From Phoronis australis (taxonomy: Eukaryota; Animalia; Phoronida), in NCBI GenBank assembly GCA_002633005.1, contig NMRA01000832.1, positions 64,861 through 128,860 of the forward strand: a stretch of 64,000 bases of DNA, in the 5' to 3' direction. The notes under the pieces were generated by a model. It was not told the origin of the DNA. It saw nothing but the letters and a program-made list of their open reading frames with translations, and ran no database searches. A program made the translations under genes and the position numbers. Shown piece by piece: positions 58,052 to 64,000 of this stretch. Within the stretch, counting starts at the first letter, position 1. Every line of letters begins with the position of its first letter.

Positions 58052-59161
58052 TCACACGGCCTTCTGGAGACTTGCCGCAGATGATCTTGTCGAGATAGAA
58101 TACAAAGAAACAGTTGACAGCCTTCTCTTTTTCCTGCAGCACAAATTCAGTTTACGAAATTCTTTCTGGAAATCAGTCATTCGTTTCGCGTATATAAATG
58201 GGTTGGTGACAGCATTGAATAGGCCAAATACCCCGAGCGAACCACCCGGCGCAGTCGCTGGATTTAACTCCATTCCTACTTCTATAGTAACAGAGAGAAC
58301 AAATGGCATCCAGAAACCGGCAAAGGAGCCAAATATAATCAATAGCGTTTTGAGAGTTTTCATATCTTTATTGACTTTGCATCCTGTCGAAAAACTAGAA
58401 ACACGTCCGTAATTTTTCTTCCTCTTATTTCCAAACTGCCTTCTGCGGTTGCATCCGGGTTTTGACGACTCTGTTGATGGGACAATATCACCAAGGGTTA
58501 TCCCTATTTCTTTATTTTTTCTGCGTACAATTAAATATATTTTGACATAAATAATTACCATGCCAATTAAAAACGTGGCCATCATTGGCAGTAAAATGTA
58601 CACAAGAAACTCTTTCGAGACAGCGACCGTCATTGAAGTACACGGCTTTGACTCTTCTGCCTGGAAGATGGAACCAAATATGATCGGGCAAAGTCCAGTA
58701 AGTGCAAAACCGCCGAGCCAACAAACAACTGTAACTATGGCAACACGACGCGGTGTCATGACCCCTTCGTGTCGAAACGGATGGATAATAGTCAGATATC
58801 TCTCCACCGACACGAAAATGATGATAAAATAAGATGCAGTTATGGGAAAAAATAACACGGCATATCTGCTAACACAAAGTAAGTTATTAGAGTCCATATT
58901 TGGAATGTATAGTGTTCCTGCATGGTAAAGTAGTCCAATGGCGACAGCCACGTCAGCATAGGCCAGCTGAATAGTGATGGAGTTGCTGATCGTATGCAGG
59001 TTCGCTTTCCGATGATACAGAAATATTACCAGCAGATTTCCAATTAGAATGGCAAAGAAAAACACAACAAATACGAAAAAGAACAAATTAGTATGTAGCG
59101 TATGTCGATCCGAAATGGTAACAACACTCCCGTTTTCTTCTATGGACAACTGTGCGTCCAT
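58052..59161 (-). CDS. Intronless class A (rhodopsin-like) GPCR, 369 aa, orphan
   Basis: 7 hydrophobic segments; GNLLV (TM1), LAYAD (TM2), SVERY (TM3), CW (TM4), FWMPF (TM6), NPFIY (TM7), CC after helix 8. Confidence 0.95.
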   Translation of the reverse strand: MDAQLSIEENGSVVTISDRHTLHTNLFFFVFVVFFFAILIGNLLVIFLYHRKANLHTISNSITIQLAYADVAVAIGLLYHAGTLYIPNMDSNNLLCVSRYAVLFFPITASYFIIIFVSVERYLTIIHPFRHEGVMTPRRVAIVTVVCWLGGFALTGLCPIIFGSIFQAEESKPCTSMTVAVSKEFLVYILLPMMATFLIGMVIIYVKIYLIVRRKNKEIGITLGDIVPSTESSKPGCNRRRQFGNKRKKNYGRVSSFSTGCKVNKDMKTLKTLLIIFGSFAGFWMPFVLSVTIEVGMELNPATAPGGSLGVFGLFNAVTNPFIYAKRMTDFQKEFRKLNLCCRKKRRLSTVSLYSISTRSSAASLQKAV

Positions 59162-59726
59162 TTTCCAGGGACGTCAGCTCATAAGTGTTCAATTAATCCA
59201 AAGTGGTTGGGTTAGTATCAATAAGCGAGTGCATTAACATTTTAAATATAAAGCGATTAGGCTTTTATCGCGCTACAAAACTGTTGAAAACGTCAAATTC
59301 GTGGAATAGATTGACGAGATTTAGAGATAATACGTTTGCCATACGGACCACATGTGATTTGCACGACTTCGTTTCTTCTTGGTTATCGTCTTATAACGAT
59401 TGGCCGACTTGAACACATTGCTCACATCTTCCGACTGGGTTCAGAATGTTATGGCAGATTTTATTCCTGAAGCACCAGGACTGAAATTGTATAAACAACT
59501 TTCAAGACGATCGCTTATTTTTGACAAGTATAAATTAGTATCCTTAAAATATAACAACGATAACCTTGAGACAAATCGTTTATGATATCTTGTGGGCTGT
59601 GGCTGGTTTCGTGCTTTCACAGTTTACATAAGTTGCAAATTGATTGGGTAGGAAATGTCGCTTTTGATCAGTGTTTATATATTACCTCGAATCGTTTTCA
59701 GCAGGGGTGGCCTTTACGCATGTTAA

Positions 59727-60793
59727 AGATGCCTGGAACGCGAAAAGACTAAATTTCATTATTCAAGGTGGTTCTCTGTCCCTGAAACAGAATTCAACCT
59801 GTTCAACAGGTATTTTTATGGTTTGTTCGTACAGATTTTGAATTCATTTTGATGTCAAAGCATTTTTCTTCTAGTTTCAAATTTCATAAAGAACGCTGTC
59901 AACTGCCCGCCACAAGTTCGTCGATTTTTTCCCACAAGGCTAAGCATGTCTTCTTATATGTGTATGTGGTATGGCTAGACATAGACGTAGCACATTTCTT
60001 AATAATATGGAGAATGTGACCTTTGACTTTTGATGTAAACGAAACAATGGGGACTTCAAGCAGCAGCCAATCCGATTAAGAGGCAATTGATTGAGTCCTA
60101 ACTATTTTAAAATTGGTTATCGTAGAGTTCAAATATATTCTAAAATGCATGTGTAATTCTGTTTGGAAAATTACTTGTTTCACTGTCTCATAGTGTGCTG
60201 TCCATCTCAGATTCGTACTGTTATTGTCATATCCATCTTGTCAGTTTGTGGCATGACTATGAGCGTCCGTCTGTCCGTCCATCTGTCCGTCCGTTCTTCC
60301 GTTCGTCCGTCCGTCCGACCGACGGTGGCATCCGTCTGGTTCCGTCCGACGTCCGTCCGGTGTCTGTCTGACGTCCGGTGTCCGGCGTCCGCTGCTCTAT
60401 CTCCAAAACCTTTTGACGTATGTTCTTGAAATTTTGAACATGTTTTCCTTTCATGTATGGGACGGCATGAGCGAACTTTCGGATGGATCCGACTACCGAT
60501 GTGCCTCTAGTGGCAATTTTTTTAACATTTACCTCTGTATCTTCAAAGGTCACAGTTTGCAATGCATTCGTGAACGCATTTCAATGCTCTGCGTTGCTCT
60601 TGTCATAAGTGGGAGGGGGATTAGAAACACTGTGGTGGCTACAGAGTTTTTTCTTAGCGTGTGCTTTAAAAATCATGAATTTTTAGGGGAAAGTGAATTT
60701 GGGAATAACTTTGTAGTAGACGCTGCGATAGAGTAGTTTCGTCAGGATTTATCCAAAAGACATTTTTAACGAGCATCCGCGTTCCATGCCCCT
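59727..60793 (+). mobile_element. Kolobok-type MITE, copy B, containing the nested HINE
   Basis: TTAA flanks; imperfect TIRs AGATGCCTGGAACGCG / CGCGTTCCATGCCCCT; first 330 bp collinear with copy A. Confidence 0.75.
60240..60548 (-). mobile_element. Partial HINE copy 3, nested in a Kolobok-type MITE
   Basis: (GTCC)n microsatellite plus reverse complement of the HINE 3' body (gctgctctatctccaaaacc...gggacggcatg...tagtggcaat). Confidence 0.8.
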
Positions 60794-61119
60794 TTAAATA
60801 CTAGATCAAGGATAAAGCAACATCTGGCGGCAATCACAGAAACTAGCTATACGGAGCAAATATAAAGTGCGTATTATGGGTAATGAATTGCACTTGTTAT
60901 ACAACTTAAGAATCCGATTGCGACTTTTTATCCCGCATGCTTAACACTGACTTTTCAAATGTTATGACTAGGGTTTCTAAGATTTGTCACCGCTCTCAGT
61001 ACATCGTGCTCACGCAAACGAAAAGTGCTAGTCTCAATGGATGAACTGATTTTGGATAGACCCCTTTGAAAATGATATCTCAGATGTCTAGACAAGCTAT
61101 ATGTCGATCGTGTTGCTGC

Positions 61120-61525
61120 TGTGCGTGAACTTAGAATCTTGCTTAATCTCAAGATCGCGTATGCGTGAATACATTAGGAAACTTGACAAGTTCACCCAAA
61201 TAATCACGTTCACGTGGACAAAAATTTGCACTGCACTAAACCAAATTATATGTTAATAAAAGAACGTAAAATTCAAATAAGCTTTTTAAAGCTATTGGCG
61301 ATCTTATTCACCAAACAATAATTGTTTTAACCAGTCACAAATTATTCCGATTCTTTGACACAAGTTACGGTGAAGGAGAAAATGAGTGTTTATAAGGCCA
61401 AAAATTACAAACATTCTTTACGTTGAACAAAAAAATCCACCTGATTCCCCAAATATGTGTTCAATTCCAAGTTCACGCATACGCGATCTTGAGATTAAGC
61501 AGGATTCCAAGTTCACCCACAGCAT
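61120..61525. mobile_element. Foldback/MITE with about 45 bp inverted arms
   Basis: gtgaacttagaatcttgcttaatctcaagatcgcgtatgcgtgaa versus ttcacgcatacgcgatcttgagattaagcaggattccaagttcac. Confidence 0.75.
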
Positions 61526-64000
61526 TACCAACATGTCTTTGATTTGTGTTGAAGATGGAGATATCCCCTCCGGACGAAGCACACGAGTTTTATTTCCGCC
61601 AGGTGACGTTGCTGTTCACTGGTCAAGATCTGATGACGAGGTTATATAGACGTTTCAATAAGTTTCATATCTGACAGTCAATGAGATGATACGTCGAGTC
61701 CAATCTTACCCACTAAACCTAGCCTTGTCATGATGATGTTGTTACAATACAGGCAACGATGAAGACTGGTGATATAAACGTTATGTTCCATTTTAAGGCC
61801 TACCTTAAACGGCAACACATGTAAATTTTAAATTCGAATTTAACAACTTTATGTTAAAAGCACGGCCCTGTATCCGTTCATATTGGCCGCAGATACAGTA
61901 AGGCCTACCGCCCCGTACCGGCAAAACTACTGCTAACACCGGTTGTTTTGTTTTACCATTCGTTAGTTCTCGTGTTGACGTTCTCTGATGTTCACGGAAA
62001 GGCCACTTCGCATACCATTTGATGTGCCTGCATTGGAGTATCTTTGATTGGAGTCCTTAAATCATCGTGTTTGTTCGTGTTCTTAAACGTTACAAGGACC
62101 ATCTGGATAGTCCATATGCATCCAAAATAACGAAAATCTGTTCGAGGAACTTTGTTTTCATAAAGGACAGCATGTGGAAATGGCAATGTTAAACATGAAT
62201 GCGGTAGTACGTGAATAGTGCAAGTTTGTTCGGACATAGATATTTTCAGATTATTCACGGAGTTATAGCTTTTCACCCTTATGCGTTCCGTGGTATTCCG
62301 AAGGGCAATCAATACATGCGTGCACCCAGCCTACGGGGGCTCGAATTTTTCAGTATGTGGACCATATACTGAAAAAAACGGGGACTAAAAAAAACGGGTA
62401 CTACGTTCAGACCTATTTATTGAGCATTCGCATCGAATTCCTGTGGCCTTTTCAATGTCTCGTTTTCTCGGATATTTTGTTACTCTGAAGCGGACGGTTA
62501 CCAATCCCTGTAAGACCAGGGGCCACGGGGTCGTTAACCCAGCAGCACTGATTGATGGCTTACTGTTGACTCACCAGTAGGTCAAAACATACGCTGTTTA
62601 CGTCGGGCACTGAGTCAATTTGAATTTGTTGAGTCTGTGGTCGTTTAATAATGTTTTATTATGAGGTTCAAAAACACTTATACTAGTTGAAGGTCATTCA
62701 ATCCCTTTTTATTTTTTGGCCAAAATATAAGTAAAAACTTTTAAATCAGCGCATACGTAAGCAAATACATTGTATTAGTCGACGTTTTGGTTTAGTTATA
62801 ACTAAAAACCATTTTCGTCAGTCAGGTAACATGGGAGAACGTCTACGTACATGTACGGCATCAAACGAGGAAAGAGAGAGACCAGAGATCAAAACAGTCG
62901 GAGCTCAAATCGATCATACCTTCACGAAACATTATTACTGGATTCACAAGGGATCCCACGTAATAACCCGTAAGACATAAACTTCAACCACAGGCTCTAG
63001 AAGCTCTAAAGTCTTGTCCATACTACGAGTTACTCCAGAACAACTCTCACGTAGAGCCCAAGTTTCCCCCCGTTCTGAGTCTAATGTGACTACGCACCAT
63101 ATATCATGCGAAAAATAGCGCAAAATGTCTGGACTGAGCAACTTGGAAGCACACAACTGTCAATTATTTTCGTTTTCTTTGGGTGTGCAGAATGCGTGTG
63201 TACAAGATGATCTCTTCAAATTTGACAAGTGTTATTAAATTGACAACCGGTAGACCTAACGGTACTTCGATATTTACCGTTTGCTTCTGTGTCTCTAGAG
63301 TTCCGTGTCGGAATTTTCATGCCAAATTTGGCAAATCCCTTTCTGTTACCGAGGTGACGTCACCTTCCTATTTTCGAATGGTTTGACACATCTGTGCCGT
63401 GGCCATTTTTATGATACTAATAAACAGATACCGTTTGCGCTGCAATCATGGGCGCATTCAACACCTCCGGTGCAATACGATATTGTTATTGAATTATTCC
63501 GAGTCTGTTGTTTGGCCTGCGCCGGCCTCCTTATTGGCCAAACCACTCTAAGAATCATCATTAAAATTGGCATGTCTTTCTTCTGGAAAGTGCATGGCTC
63601 TGATGATGGTTTTCGGACCGGTGCGACTAGCTGCTGTCAAAGATTCTGCTGTGGCAGTCTGTTGCTAATTTGATATGTGCCGTTCGACTAAAACCAGGCC
63701 ATAGGCCTGCTATTCTCGTAAAGAAATAAATGTCTCTTTAAGGATCATGTGTTACTACGCGATAATGCAATTTAAGAAACGTGAACGTTATATTTAGCTG
63801 ACTTTCCAGGAACCTCAGTCCTACGCGCGGTGACAAACAATCTCCTGCGTCGCCGTGATAAACAACTTTATGTAACCATTGTGGCGTGAATACGTTTGAC
63901 CTCCAGTTCTTAGATAGCAAACATTTCCAGTAGCCGAGCGTGGCGTGATTACGGAATACGTTTGGCCTCGTACATTTACAGTATTCCGGCATGGCGGCGC

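Noticed and set aside
62860-64000. Short ORFs near the window end
   Set aside because: No recognisable domain, splice chain or repeat boundaries

Overview
Eukaryotic, intron-rich, repeat-rich genomic DNA from a draft assembly (one 554-N gap, three single Ns), most likely a bilaterian marine invertebrate; no prokaryotic features. Three protein-coding genes can be supported. (1) A complete 22-exon TANGO1/MIA3 homolog on the minus strand (ATG 36756 to stop 6477; about 1869 aa by my hand splicing, all phases consistent): signal peptide, MIA-type SH3/MOTH domain, long acidic luminal linker, transmembrane helix, coiled coils, proline-rich domain and an unusual RS-type (YSRSPSPR) tail. (2) A two-exon, about 239 aa uncharacterised gene on the plus strand (43899-47183) whose intron is only in frame as GC-AG, with a perfect RFX X-box upstream. 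(3) An intronless class A GPCR on the minus strand (58052-59161). Mobile DNA includes a DIRS/Ngaro-type RT relic, a Penelope-like 3' end with an inverted pseudo-LTR, tRNA-derived SINEs, three Helentron/HINE-type elements carrying regularly spaced CTCF-like motifs, a 1.7 kb TTAA-flanked Kolobok element with a THAP relic, two Kolobok-type MITEs bracketing the GPCR, foldback MITEs and minisatellites. The most interesting leads are the HINE-borne CTCF motif arrays, a tRNA-like element with Penelope-like inverted/direct repeat architecture, the Kolobok-bracketed GPCR, and the TANGO1 RS tail and candidate microexon. All assignments come from reading the sequence by eye; no searches were run.
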